Origin: Calditrichaceae bacterium
GTDB lineage: Bacteria; Calditrichota; Calditrichia; Calditrichales; JBFXGD01
Assembly (NCBI GenBank): GCA_050173015.1
Contig: JBFXLE010000005.1
Coordinates: 160,001 to 224,000, forward strand
Length of the DNA: 64,000 bases
Reading direction: 5' to 3'
The position numbers and the translations under genes were made by a program. A model generated the notes under the pieces. That model ran no database searches, was not told the DNA's origin, and saw only the letters and a list, made by a program, of their open reading frames with translations. Below are positions 54,674 through 64,000 of the stretch, piece after piece; the stretch's first letter is position 1; every line of letters starts with the position of its first letter.

Positions 54674-57607
54674 ATGAAATCAAAAGTCCTCATTCCTCTT
54701 CTGCTTCTTTTTCAGTTTCTGTTTTTAGTTTTCAGTGTCAATCTTTTTTCGCAGTCAATTGAATCTGCCGAAATTACCGGATTAATACAGTCATTTAAAA
54801 AAGACGAACGCGGCCCCTATCAGGCGATCCGTTGGTTTTGTCCGGATGGCACCATCATTCCGCCCAAGGAAAGGTGTCCGGAGCCCGGCGGTATTCAGCA
54901 CGCTCTTCATAAAGATATTGTCACGCGAATCGCGAAAAATAACGGGATATACCTGGGACAGATTCTTGCCGGAGCGAAGTTTGAAGATGTCTTGGATGAA
55001 CTGAACCGGAACTCCAGATTAAAACAATATATGATGGAGAGATATCTTCAGCGCTCCGATGACGGCTGGATTTTTCGCAGAGCGCGTTATTACCGGGGCG
55101 CCATCCAGGTAGAAGATGAAGAATATTGGGGAGTGAATTTTCTAAAATGGCTCGTCTCCAGGGAAGATATTATTGATAAGCAATTCTATTTGTTGCGTCA
55201 GGCCGCAAAGGATATTCCGCATAAGGCCAATGATAATCACTGGAATAATATCCGGGATCTCTCCAAAACGCTTGGCGATTCACTGCCGTCATTTATGGAT
55301 TTGCGGGTGAAATTACACGGTCAGCCGGATATGGGAGATCTGGAACGGGTAAGAAATTTCAAAACACGAAACAAAAACAAAATTCCGGTGATGATGGATG
55401 AATTGCTGCAGAATCTGGAAAAGGAACTGGAACTGGCATTCAAACCGACTGATCTTCAGACACTCAGCGCATACGTTGAAAAATTACCATCATCTAATAT
55501 TCTATCCGTACGTACTAAAAAACTAATCACTGCTTACGGAAGAAAGAGCAGTCAGAATACGCCGGACAACCGAATAAAGGACATTGCTTCCCTACTGTGG
55601 GAGATCAGAGCCAATCTTCTTTCTGTGTCAAAGCCGGATCAACGTCTGGCCATCATCGATCTTTCAAACGAGCTCGAAACGATCCTTTTCAGCGAAATTC
55701 GTTTATGGAAGCCGGAAACCATCGGCGGGCTGCTTGAGAAAAATTATTATCTTACAAAAGCGGCGGCAGGATGCGGATTTCTTGAAAAATGGGAATGGGA
55801 ACAGATTGAGCAACTCCTATCGGTGTCCGGAAACGCTGAAGATATGAGTCTGGATGATTTCAGAAAAAAAAGCGAAACTTCAAGGCGAGCCGTCGAATGG
55901 AGCGCGGGAATGGTACGGGCTAATTTTGAACCGGTCGTTTCATTGTTCGATGCATTCGAGCCGCTTGCAAAAGGTTTTACGGATGACCGCATTCGCGGCT
56001 CTGTGCTTCTTCCTCTTGGAGAAGTCGCGGGCGATTTGTCAGACCGGTTGTCTGTCTTTGCAGGTCAGAGCAACAATGTAATGGGGATAAGTAATCAGAA
56101 TAAAATTACCGGTCTTAATCCGGGATTTGCTTTTGGGAAGCTGGAAGTTGTTCCCGGGGCGCCGGATGACATTCAGTTCGCGGCGGATAAAATTTATATA
56201 CTGATGCGACCGCCCGCGGATATGAAACCGGTAGCGGGAATTGCTACTGTTTCAGAAGGAAATCTGGTCTCGCATGTGCAGCTGCTGGCGCGGAATCTTG
56301 GAATTCCGAACGCGGTCTTGTCGGATCAGAATTTGGCCGATTTATCCGCTTATTCGGGGAAAGACGTGTTTTATGCGGTTTCACCGGGCGGCAGCGTGTT
56401 AATGAAACCGGCTGAAAAAATGACGGATAGGGAAAAAGCTCTTATTCAGATTAAAAAGAGGAAAGAAGAAAGAATTAAAGTTCCAACAGGGAAAATCAAT
56501 TTAAATCAGACCGATATTATAAGTCTGCGTAAGCTCAGGGCATCCGATTCGGGAAAGATCTGCGGCCCTAAAGCGGCAAATCTTGGTCAGTTGAAAAGTA
56601 TGTTCCCGCGGCAGGTGGTAGAGGGTCTGGTGATTCCATTCGGAATTTTCCGTCAGCACATGGATCAATTCATGCCGGGTAGTGAATTAACTTACTGGCA
56701 GTATTTACAGGAAACGTTTGAGAATGCATCCGGTGAGAATAAAACGGGAATGACAAATGACCAAATAGATTCAATGGTATTAAAGCGTCTCGAAGTTCTT
56801 CGTGAAGCGATCAGGAAAATTAAATTTTCACAGGAGTTTTTACTAAAGATGAAAGCCGGATTCACGGATGTTCTTGGCAGGGACATGGGCGGAGTACCGG
56901 TCTTTATCCGCAGTGACACCAATATGGAAGATTTAAAGGATTTTACGGGCGCGGGATTGAATCTGACGGTATTTAATGTGGTTGACGAAGAAAAAATTTT
57001 ACAGGCAATCCGCGACGTATGGGCTTCTCCGTTCACGGAACGGAGTTATAAATGGAGACAAAAATTTCTGCTTAATCCGGAAAATGTATATCCGTCTATT
57101 CTTATTATTCCCACCGTGGATGTTGAAAAATCGGGGGTGATGATAACGACCGGTGTCACCTCCGGGAATCCGGAGGATGTTACCATCGCGTTCAACCGCG
57201 GAGCCGGCGGGGCGGTGGAGGGTCAGGCGGCCGAATCGTATCTTCTGAGAAACGATGGCTCAAATCAACTATTGTCTCCTTCGCGAGAAACTCTCAGCAC
57301 AACGCTCCCGGCAACGGGCGGAACGGCAAAAGCAATCATGCCTTTGAACAAACCGGTGCTGGATAACAATGAACTAAGCATGCTTCGCGCTTTTGCCGGT
57401 GAGATCAAAAAGAAACTCCCGGGGACTCCCGGAATTGAATCAAAAGGGCCGTTTGATGTGGAGTTGGGATTTAAAGACGGGCAAATCTGGTTGTTTCAGG
57501 TACGGCCATTTGTGGAAAATAAAAACGCGCGATCTTCAGAGTATCTCCAGAAAATGGATCCGAAGATAAAAGATATCCGGATATCGCTAACCGATACTCT
57601 GAATTAG
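54674..57607 (+). CDS. exported PEP/pyruvate-binding-domain dikinase (N-terminal helical domain, phospho-His swivel, C-terminal ATP-grasp)
   Basis: Signal peptide MKSKVLIPLLLLFQFLFLVFSVNLFS-Q; VSHVQLLARNLGIP; GPKAANL, RSDTNMED, GAG, VWAS, SGV, DVE..FQVRP. Confidence 0.85.
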   Translation: MKSKVLIPLLLLFQFLFLVFSVNLFSQSIESAEITGLIQSFKKDERGPYQAIRWFCPDGTIIPPKERCPEPGGIQHALHKDIVTRIAKNNGIYLGQILAGAKFEDVLDELNRNSRLKQYMMERYLQRSDDGWIFRRARYYRGAIQVEDEEYWGVNFLKWLVSREDIIDKQFYLLRQAAKDIPHKANDNHWNNIRDLSKTLGDSLPSFMDLRVKLHGQPDMGDLERVRNFKTRNKNKIPVMMDELLQNLEKELELAFKPTDLQTLSAYVEKLPSSNILSVRTKKLITAYGRKSSQNTPDNRIKDIASLLWEIRANLLSVSKPDQRLAIIDLSNELETILFSEIRLWKPETIGGLLEKNYYLTKAAAGCGFLEKWEWEQIEQLLSVSGNAEDMSLDDFRKKSETSRRAVEWSAGMVRANFEPVVSLFDAFEPLAKGFTDDRIRGSVLLPLGEVAGDLSDRLSVFAGQSNNVMGISNQNKITGLNPGFAFGKLEVVPGAPDDIQFAADKIYILMRPPADMKPVAGIATVSEGNLVSHVQLLARNLGIPNAVLSDQNLADLSAYSGKDVFYAVSPGGSVLMKPAEKMTDREKALIQIKKRKEERIKVPTGKINLNQTDIISLRKLRASDSGKICGPKAANLGQLKSMFPRQVVEGLVIPFGIFRQHMDQFMPGSELTYWQYLQETFENASGENKTGMTNDQIDSMVLKRLEVLREAIRKIKFSQEFLLKMKAGFTDVLGRDMGGVPVFIRSDTNMEDLKDFTGAGLNLTVFNVVDEEKILQAIRDVWASPFTERSYKWRQKFLLNPENVYPSILIIPTVDVEKSGVMITTGVTSGNPEDVTIAFNRGAGGAVEGQAAESYLLRNDGSNQLLSPSRETLSTTLPATGGTAKAIMPLNKPVLDNNELSMLRAFAGEIKKKLPGTPGIESKGPFDVELGFKDGQIWLFQVRPFVENKNARSSEYLQKMDPKIKDIRISLTDTLN

Positions 57608-57641
57608 TGGTTTGTTTAATATTTGGGGAGAAACAGATCCA

Positions 57642-58889
57642 ATGAAAATAAAAATAGCGGCGTTACTTTTTTTTATGATCCTTTTTGACGGTCTTTCGGG
57701 TTACCCGATCGACGGATATCAATGGACAGGAATAAGACGCTTATTGAGATTAAGCCTGATGAGCGAGGGACAGATTAAAGGTACTTTGCCCCCACCCGGA
57801 GGCAGGAAGCCTTACTCGGAAATCGCTTTGAATCTTTTAAACGCGAAAGGTGACAGTCTTGATACGCTTCCGAAGGTAGATCAGGAATTACAGAAACGGA
57901 TTGACGCGCTGTTCCCGAATCGCGATGAAAGTTATTCACTGGCGCTTCTTGAAATCACCCCGGGTAAGCCGATGCGCTTTGCCAAACGACAGGCGGAAAA
58001 CAGATTCGCTCCCGGAAGTGTGGGAAAGCTGGCCATTTTAGCCGGACTGTTTACCGAATTACAAAAAATCTACCCGGATTCACCCGAAAAAAGAAAGGAA
58101 CTGCTGCGCGCCCGAATGGTCGTCGCGGATAAATGGATTCTCACAGATCATCATGAAGTACCATTTTTTAATCCGGAAACGAAGGCGGCATCCTGGAGAC
58201 CGATAAAAGAAGGGGATACATTTTCTCTGTATGAATGGGTAGATCACATGATCTCAGCCAGCGCGAATTCAGCGGCAAGCGTTGTCTGGAAAGAAGTTCT
58301 ATTGATGAGAGCATTCGGGAAAAATTACCCGGCGAGTCCGGAGTGGGAAAAACATTTTTTTGAAAAAACAACAAAAAGTGAACTCAGTGCCATAGCCATG
58401 TCAACGGTTAATGACCCGCTCAGGGCGATGGGGATTGAGCAGAATGAATGGCAGCTTGGCAGTTTTTTTACGCAAACAGGCAAAAAACTGGTTCCGGGCG
58501 GTAGTGGAAGCTACGGGACTCCCACGGCTTTGCTAAAATATCTTATCGCTTTGGAACGGGGAAAGATAGTGGATGAATGGTCAAGCCTGGAGATTAAAAG
58601 AATGATGTATATGACCGCGAAACGAATCCGCTATGCGTCAAGCCCGGCGTTAGCAGACGCGGCGGTCTATTTTAAATCGGGAAGCCAGTACCGCTGCAAA
58701 GTGGAACCTGATTTCAAGTGCGGTAAATATATGGGAAATGTTGAAAACTATATGAATTCGGTTGCCATTGTCGAGCATCCGGCCGGTCGTGTCTATCTTG
58801 TGGCGCTTATGTCAAATGTTTTAAAGAAAAACTCAGCGGTGGAACATCAGTCGCTGGCCACATTTATCGACAGGATCATTTCAAAATAA
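57642..58889 (+). CDS. exported serine hydrolase, class A beta-lactamase/PBP fold
   Basis: Signal peptide; SVGK (SxxK), SAN (SxN), KSG; GGAG RBS. Confidence 0.8.
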   Translation: MKIKIAALLFFMILFDGLSGYPIDGYQWTGIRRLLRLSLMSEGQIKGTLPPPGGRKPYSEIALNLLNAKGDSLDTLPKVDQELQKRIDALFPNRDESYSLALLEITPGKPMRFAKRQAENRFAPGSVGKLAILAGLFTELQKIYPDSPEKRKELLRARMVVADKWILTDHHEVPFFNPETKAASWRPIKEGDTFSLYEWVDHMISASANSAASVVWKEVLLMRAFGKNYPASPEWEKHFFEKTTKSELSAIAMSTVNDPLRAMGIEQNEWQLGSFFTQTGKKLVPGGSGSYGTPTALLKYLIALERGKIVDEWSSLEIKRMMYMTAKRIRYASSPALADAAVYFKSGSQYRCKVEPDFKCGKYMGNVENYMNSVAIVEHPAGRVYLVALMSNVLKKNSAVEHQSLATFIDRIISK

Positions 58890-58899
58890 ATGTGTTGTT

Positions 58900-61785
58900 T
58901 TAGCGGTCGACACCAATATGCTTCAGCGCGAAACCGGCCATTTTTCTGACTTTGGGATCCGGACTGTTCACCAATGATCCAATATAAGGAAGATATTTCT
59001 CATCTTTTAATTGACTGACAAGATACAAGGTACGGATTTGCAGTGTCGTGTCTTCGCTTGAAAGAAGCGTTGTAAGGCATTCGTGCTCAGACTTGATTTT
59101 TAATCCAAACTGCTCAAGCGTTTTATCGATAACAGAACTGATCATTGTCGTTTCAACGATCGGTATGATGATCTTTTTCAAATCGCTCTCCAGGACATTA
59201 TCCAAAAACTCAACCGCGTTGACACGGACATCCGGTTTGCTGCTGCTGATTCCACTGTACACATTCTCTATATCTTCAGGCGGATATTTTAATCCAAGCA
59301 GCCGGAATATTCTTTCCAGATTGTTGTCCAGGCGATCCTCTAAAGCCTTGATCAGCATATTTCTGGCTTCATGCAGTTTGGTTTGATTGGGATCAGATAA
59401 GTTCCCGGCACCGGAAATCGTCTCGGCTCGCACCTGTGAATAAAGAAACGCGAGAGTGTTAACATAATCGTTGGCTTCCGCGAAAATTCGGTTGGCGAGG
59501 TTGGGGACATGGAAATTCAGCGCGGGGGAATTCAGTCTCAGGTCGTATAAAGCATTGATGACTTCATAGCGGACGAGCGCGTCTTTTAACTGTAAATTTT
59601 TTACAAGAACATCTACCGCTTTTTGGTTGCGGAAATTGGCGATCAGAGCGGGAATACTCAATCGAATATTTCTCTCAACATACGGATTGTTTAAATGTTC
59701 ATTCAAAACATCAAGTATTTCCGGCCCAAACGCAAGGAGTGCTTCGTAGGTGTATTTCCATAATCTTTTCTTTTTTTGCATACGGATCAGAACGGGGATA
59801 AAGTCCATATTCTTGCTGGATCCGGCGGCTAATATCGCTGCTTTTAAAACGTCAGGATCGCTATCGCTCAATAAAATATGCAGATAGGGGTACAATTCGG
59901 GAATATCCGCCGCGCCAATGACCCTGGATGCCAGAGTTTTTAAAGATTTTGTATGGGATTTGTTTGTCTGAAGCCGCAAATCTTTCATCAATTCGTTTAC
60001 CGATTCTTTCACTCTGAATTGCTGCTTTAATTCGGGATTATTACGGCTCTCCCTTGCCGCGCACAGAAGGGCGGCGCTGCGAACGGTAATATCGGGAGAC
60101 TGCAGGAATGAAGACAGCTTTTCAATTCTTTGTCCGCCGGCCCTCTGAAACAGATAATGTATGGCCTCAGTTTTTATCTCTAAATCCGGGTCTTGGATAA
60201 GATTTTCGACTTCTGCGGAAAGATCCACATGTTTATAAAAATAGATATTTCTAAGTACTTCAAGTTTTATTTCTCCGGAAGAATGGTTCAGAAGTTTCTG
60301 AAAGCATGGAAGAAGACGGTCGTTTTGAATTGGCTTCACCATTTTAAGAACCTGGAGAATCTGAGATTCATTTTTTCCTTCAAGGATTTTGATGAATCCG
60401 CCAAATACAGACTCGTTTTGAATGTCGGGCAAATCTGAATTTGAGTTTATCTTATTGGATTCAATCTTTAAGCGGAAAGAATTGACATACTCTTTTCTAA
60501 TCCTGGTGACAAGATATATCCATAGAGAAAGCAATAAAATGATAATAAGACTGATCTGCCTGATGGAGAAGTCGAATCCGTACGTTAAAAAAATCAGAAG
60601 CAATCCGCCAATTCCTGTCGCGAAGCTATCTACAAAAACATCGATAAACGATTTTGCCTGATTTTTAATTTCCACCGGAATAGGCAGGGCGAGCAGTTCG
60701 ATTCCGGCCTTGTTGATGGAGTTTTTAAGACTGCCGTCCGTTATTTTGATAAAAACTCCCGCCCACAGCACGGGAGTGATAAAGATGGTTACCGCGCCGA
60801 TAAGAATTCCAACCGGCAGAAACAATAAAGAAGTACCCACTCCAAAAACGCCCACAACCCGGCGCGTGACAAACAGCTGAATCAGAAGAGAAGCGATATT
60901 CAGATTGGAAAGCCAGAATCCGAAGAAGGCGGTTAACTGATCCTCATTGGTGATTTCTCTGGCAGCGATGGCTCCAAACTGATACTCAATAAGTTTGGCG
61001 ACCAACACACCGGTTCCAACGATGCTGGCCAGATAAATAAGATGCTTTGACTGCCGGATTATACGGACCGGATGGACCGCCGTCACGGATACCGGATGCG
61101 CCCGGTATAATTTACGGTGTTCGGCGTTCCTAAAATAATCCTTCCATAAATTATTTGTGATTGGTATGCACAATAATAAAAAACCGATACAAATAAAGAT
61201 CAGATTTTCACTGCTGATGACAGGGGCAAGAAAATTGGTGAGATACCCGCCGAAAATCCCTCCGGCGATGGCGCCGGATCCTATGAATCCGAATAAGCGT
61301 TTCGCCTCACGGGCGTTAAATATCACATTCGCGAGTATCCAGAACTGAGAACTCGAGATGACGGCAAATATGGCGACAAACACATAAAAAATGTATATGA
61401 TCCAGCCGGGCAGCAAATTTAACTGCAGAAACGACCAGAACATAAATAAAAAAGCAATTGAAATTTTTAGTGTTTTTACAATTAAACGGTGCACAGGCGC
61501 TTTTTTAAGCAGTTCTGAATAAAGAGATGATATTCCGGCCGCAAACACGGCAACCAATATAAATACAAAGGGAAGCTGTTCAACGCCGAACCTGGTAAGG
61601 AACATTGAAATAACCACAGGTTTTACAATGAGCAGAGACGAGATGATCAGAAAAATATAAATCCACATCATCAGGGCTCGTCTTCCCTCCCCGTGTCTTA
61701 TATCAAAGGTCTCGTTAAGAATTTTTTCAACGATGTCAATGAATTTTACCCCGGCAACGCTGGAACCGCTGTTTGTGCTCACCAT
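58900..61785 (-). CDS. NTT/TLC (Npt1/Npt2-like) nucleotide translocase fused to HEAT repeats
   Basis: About 12 TM; QFWILAN..EAKRLFG, QAKSFIDVFVD; C-terminal HEAT repeats (DPDLEIKTEAI, DITVRSAAL, DPKVRKMA). Confidence 0.82.
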   Translation of the reverse strand: MVSTNSGSSVAGVKFIDIVEKILNETFDIRHGEGRRALMMWIYIFLIISSLLIVKPVVISMFLTRFGVEQLPFVFILVAVFAAGISSLYSELLKKAPVHRLIVKTLKISIAFLFMFWSFLQLNLLPGWIIYIFYVFVAIFAVISSSQFWILANVIFNAREAKRLFGFIGSGAIAGGIFGGYLTNFLAPVISSENLIFICIGFLLLCIPITNNLWKDYFRNAEHRKLYRAHPVSVTAVHPVRIIRQSKHLIYLASIVGTGVLVAKLIEYQFGAIAAREITNEDQLTAFFGFWLSNLNIASLLIQLFVTRRVVGVFGVGTSLLFLPVGILIGAVTIFITPVLWAGVFIKITDGSLKNSINKAGIELLALPIPVEIKNQAKSFIDVFVDSFATGIGGLLLIFLTYGFDFSIRQISLIIILLLSLWIYLVTRIRKEYVNSFRLKIESNKINSNSDLPDIQNESVFGGFIKILEGKNESQILQVLKMVKPIQNDRLLPCFQKLLNHSSGEIKLEVLRNIYFYKHVDLSAEVENLIQDPDLEIKTEAIHYLFQRAGGQRIEKLSSFLQSPDITVRSAALLCAARESRNNPELKQQFRVKESVNELMKDLRLQTNKSHTKSLKTLASRVIGAADIPELYPYLHILLSDSDPDVLKAAILAAGSSKNMDFIPVLIRMQKKKRLWKYTYEALLAFGPEILDVLNEHLNNPYVERNIRLSIPALIANFRNQKAVDVLVKNLQLKDALVRYEVINALYDLRLNSPALNFHVPNLANRIFAEANDYVNTLAFLYSQVRAETISGAGNLSDPNQTKLHEARNMLIKALEDRLDNNLERIFRLLGLKYPPEDIENVYSGISSSKPDVRVNAVEFLDNVLESDLKKIIIPIVETTMISSVIDKTLEQFGLKIKSEHECLTTLLSSEDTTLQIRTLYLVSQLKDEKYLPYIGSLVNSPDPKVRKMAGFALKHIGVDR

Positions 61786-61806
61786 AAATCCTGTTTTTTT
61801 ATAAGG

Positions 61807-62724
61807 TTAGACTTTTTTACCGGTTTTTAAAACCTTCTCCGCCGTCAACAACAAATCTCTAAGAATCGCCTCTCCGTGAGGATCTTCGACAAGTCCCACC
61901 AGTATATAACGCCGCCATTCCGGACCCCAGACCATTACAGAATCTGAATGCCAGTTCCGCCAGGTGCCTGATTTTCTGTATATCTTGGCATCCGGAACGA
62001 CTTCGTCCAGACTATGCACAAATTTATGATGAAGTTCAGGATCCGAAAGAAAATCCAGCATTTGGGCTGAGCGATCCCGGCTAACCAGTTTTCCGAACGC
62101 CAGTAAATAATAATAGCGGCAAACCTGTGTGGCGGTAGCGCCGTGACTTAGACCCATTAAAGGATCAGGATAGCGTTTTCCCAATTTCGCGTAACGTTTG
62201 CCAACCCACAATCCTCCCCCCAATTCCGGCGCGTATAACTGATACTCTGGATTCATAAGGACAGCCTGGATTTTTTTAAATCCGACCCGGTCAATCATTC
62301 TCGTTGCCGCCGAATTATCTGATTTACTGATCATGATACGCATATCTTGCAATACTTCAGGTGACTCTTCAAGCGTACCATCTTCAAGCGACTGCGATGC
62401 GCCCAACAGGATTGCCAGTTTTGGTAAACTTGCCGCATACATCATCAGATCGCCGTTAACTCTGGCAAACCTTACATGATGCGGGTCGCTGATGTCAACG
62501 AGGCCGACCGACATTTTCTTTTTATCGATCAGTCTGGCCCAGGTTTTATCTTTACGAAGCTGTTTTTCCAATTCAGCCTGAAAATCATTGTCAACCAGTT
62601 TCCTTAAAGGTTTGATTTCCTTGTCAGCGATAGAATAAGGGAGTGGTTCGTCTTTGTTGGTCTGAGTGAAGCCATGAGGAATGAACACCAAAAATGCAGT
62701 AATCAAAAGATAGAGTATTTTCAT
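61807..62724 (-). CDS. exported serine hydrolase, class A beta-lactamase/PBP fold
   Basis: Signal peptide; AASLPK (SxxK), SDN, KSG. Confidence 0.85.
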   Translation of the reverse strand: MKILYLLITAFLVFIPHGFTQTNKDEPLPYSIADKEIKPLRKLVDNDFQAELEKQLRKDKTWARLIDKKKMSVGLVDISDPHHVRFARVNGDLMMYAASLPKLAILLGASQSLEDGTLEESPEVLQDMRIMISKSDNSAATRMIDRVGFKKIQAVLMNPEYQLYAPELGGGLWVGKRYAKLGKRYPDPLMGLSHGATATQVCRYYYLLAFGKLVSRDRSAQMLDFLSDPELHHKFVHSLDEVVPDAKIYRKSGTWRNWHSDSVMVWGPEWRRYILVGLVEDPHGEAILRDLLLTAEKVLKTGKKV

Positions 62725-63038
62725 AAATGTAATCCTTAAAAAATGTTGTAATCACCCCGGATCACGCCGATTAATTCGAGAATTAAACGAGACTGAAATA
62801 TGTTAGTTCACGGAAATAACCGGAAATAATACAAATTCATAAAATATATTTGAATAAACAAGATATTTTTAAACGCCGGTTATATTGGTCATAAAACAAT
62901 ATTTATTCCTGGTCAAAATGATTGAAATGTGATAATTTTATTTTTTGTTTTGAGAACTACGATTTATCTTATATCATAATAGAGTGTATTTAATATATTT
63001 GGATAAACTCAGGTCAGGCCGAAACTCTGGGGTGCGCC

Positions 63039-64000
63039 ATGTTTAAAAACAACAACATCAAACGAATCTTTATGACTGGCGCTACCGCGGCGCTGGTGCT
63101 TATGTCCGTTTCGATAGGTTTTTTCTGGATAACGGCCGAATTCCGTCAGTTTGAACAACAGTCGGAAGAGCTGGAAAAAACATACATTGAATCGCAAAAA
63201 AAAATGGTAAAGGATCAGGTCGAAAATGTCATTAACTATATTCATTATAACCGGGCGATCTACGAAAAAAACCTTCAGGATGATTTAAAACAGCGTGTTT
63301 ATCAGGCGCATGCCATAGCCTCCAATATTTACAACCAATATAAAGATCGGTATCCGGAAGCAGATTTAAAAAAAATGATCCTTGACGCTCTTAGGCCTGC
63401 CCGTTTTAACAACGGCCGGAGTTATTTTATTGTGACGGATCTTTACGGCATATCTCAGTTATATCCCCCGGAACCGTCAGTTGAAGGCACCAGCCTGGGA
63501 GAATGGGTTGATGCAGACGGGAAATATGTAACCAAAGAAATTATCGCGCTCTTAAAAAAGGAAGGAGAAACGTATCGAAAATATTTCTGGCACCGCCAGG
63601 ATGAAAACTCTGAAAAGACATATCCTAAGATAGGGTTTGTAAAAATCTTTAAGCCATTCAACTGGTTTATCGGCACCGGAGAATTTCTTGATAATGTCGA
63701 GAATGATATAAAGAAAGAAGTTCTGGAGCGAATATCCAGAATTAGTTATGATGAAAACGGTTATGTCTTTGTGAACACCTTTGATGGGATCGCTCTGATT
63801 ATTGACTCAGAAAAATACAAAGCCGGCGATAATGTCTGGGAATTGACGGATCCTAATGGTGTAAAAGTTGTACAGTTAGAGAGAAAAGCGGCCGAAAATC
63901 CTGAAGGAGGATTTATCCATTACTCCTGGGTAAAACCGTCAACCAGCCAATATTCACCAAAAATATCATTTATTAAAGCGGTAAATGACTGGAAATGGAT
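63039..64000 (+). CDS. Cache-domain sensor (histidine kinase/chemoreceptor-type), 3'-truncated
   Basis: Absent from ORF track (no stop in window): MFKNNNIKRIF..TM..; two Cache repeats (DADGKYV..YFW..PKIGFVK..WFIGTG; DPNGVKVV..YSWVKP..PKISFIK). Confidence 0.85.
   Translation, partial: MFKNNNIKRIFMTGATAALVLMSVSIGFFWITAEFRQFEQQSEELEKTYIESQKKMVKDQVENVINYIHYNRAIYEKNLQDDLKQRVYQAHAIASNIYNQYKDRYPEADLKKMILDALRPARFNNGRSYFIVTDLYGISQLYPPEPSVEGTSLGEWVDADGKYVTKEIIALLKKEGETYRKYFWHRQDENSEKTYPKIGFVKIFKPFNWFIGTGEFLDNVENDIKKEVLERISRISYDENGYVFVNTFDGIALIIDSEKYKAGDNVWELTDPNGVKVVQLERKAAENPEGGFIHYSWVKPSTSQYSPKISFIKAVNDWKW

Noticed and set aside
54674-57607. Ordinary PEP synthase/PPDK or rifampin phosphotransferase
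   Set aside because: Domain order reversed, no pyruvate-binding barrel, N-terminal signal peptide
57642-62724. Class A beta-lactamase resistance genes
   Set aside because: Fold motifs present but no recognisable ExxLN deacylation motif; activity cannot be claimed
63009-63676. Two short minus-strand ORFs
   Set aside because: Shadows of the plus-strand Cache sensor gene starting at 63039

Overview
Bacterial chromosomal window, most likely FCB-group (Calditrichota/KSB1-like, inferred from secreted proteins ending in 'NYPNPFNP' C-terminal sorting domains). Positions 1-7.3 kb are accessory. They look like the distal end of an integron-type cassette array (CALIN-like): a CPBP protease, an apparently empty cassette, katG and an AlkD-like repair gene, each followed by an attC-like site, with no integrase in the window. 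The array is interrupted by a Y1/HUH (IS200-type TnpA/RAYT-like) transposase flanked by about 32 REP-like hairpins, plus the scar of a deleted second copy. Positions 7.3-54 kb hold mostly housekeeping and envelope genes: an ImcH-like 7-heme quinol oxidase, an ABC exporter, ada/alkA, MscS, rubrerythrin, OPT, an FGGY kinase, GH31 and a LarA-family protein. This stretch also has two non-coding repeat hot-spots: a 476-bp tandem mosaic of heptamers and hairpins at 33.8-34.7 kb, and a REP/21-bp-periodic cluster at 38.7-39.2 kb. The best candidate for an undescribed system is at 54.7-62.7 kb. There, a signal-peptide-bearing dikinase with glucan,water-dikinase-like domain order sits with an NTT/TLC nucleotide translocase-HEAT fusion and two exported PBP/class-A-beta-lactamase-fold serine enzymes. 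This may be an ATP-export plus periplasmic phosphorylation module. All calls come from reading motifs by eye; no database searches were run.
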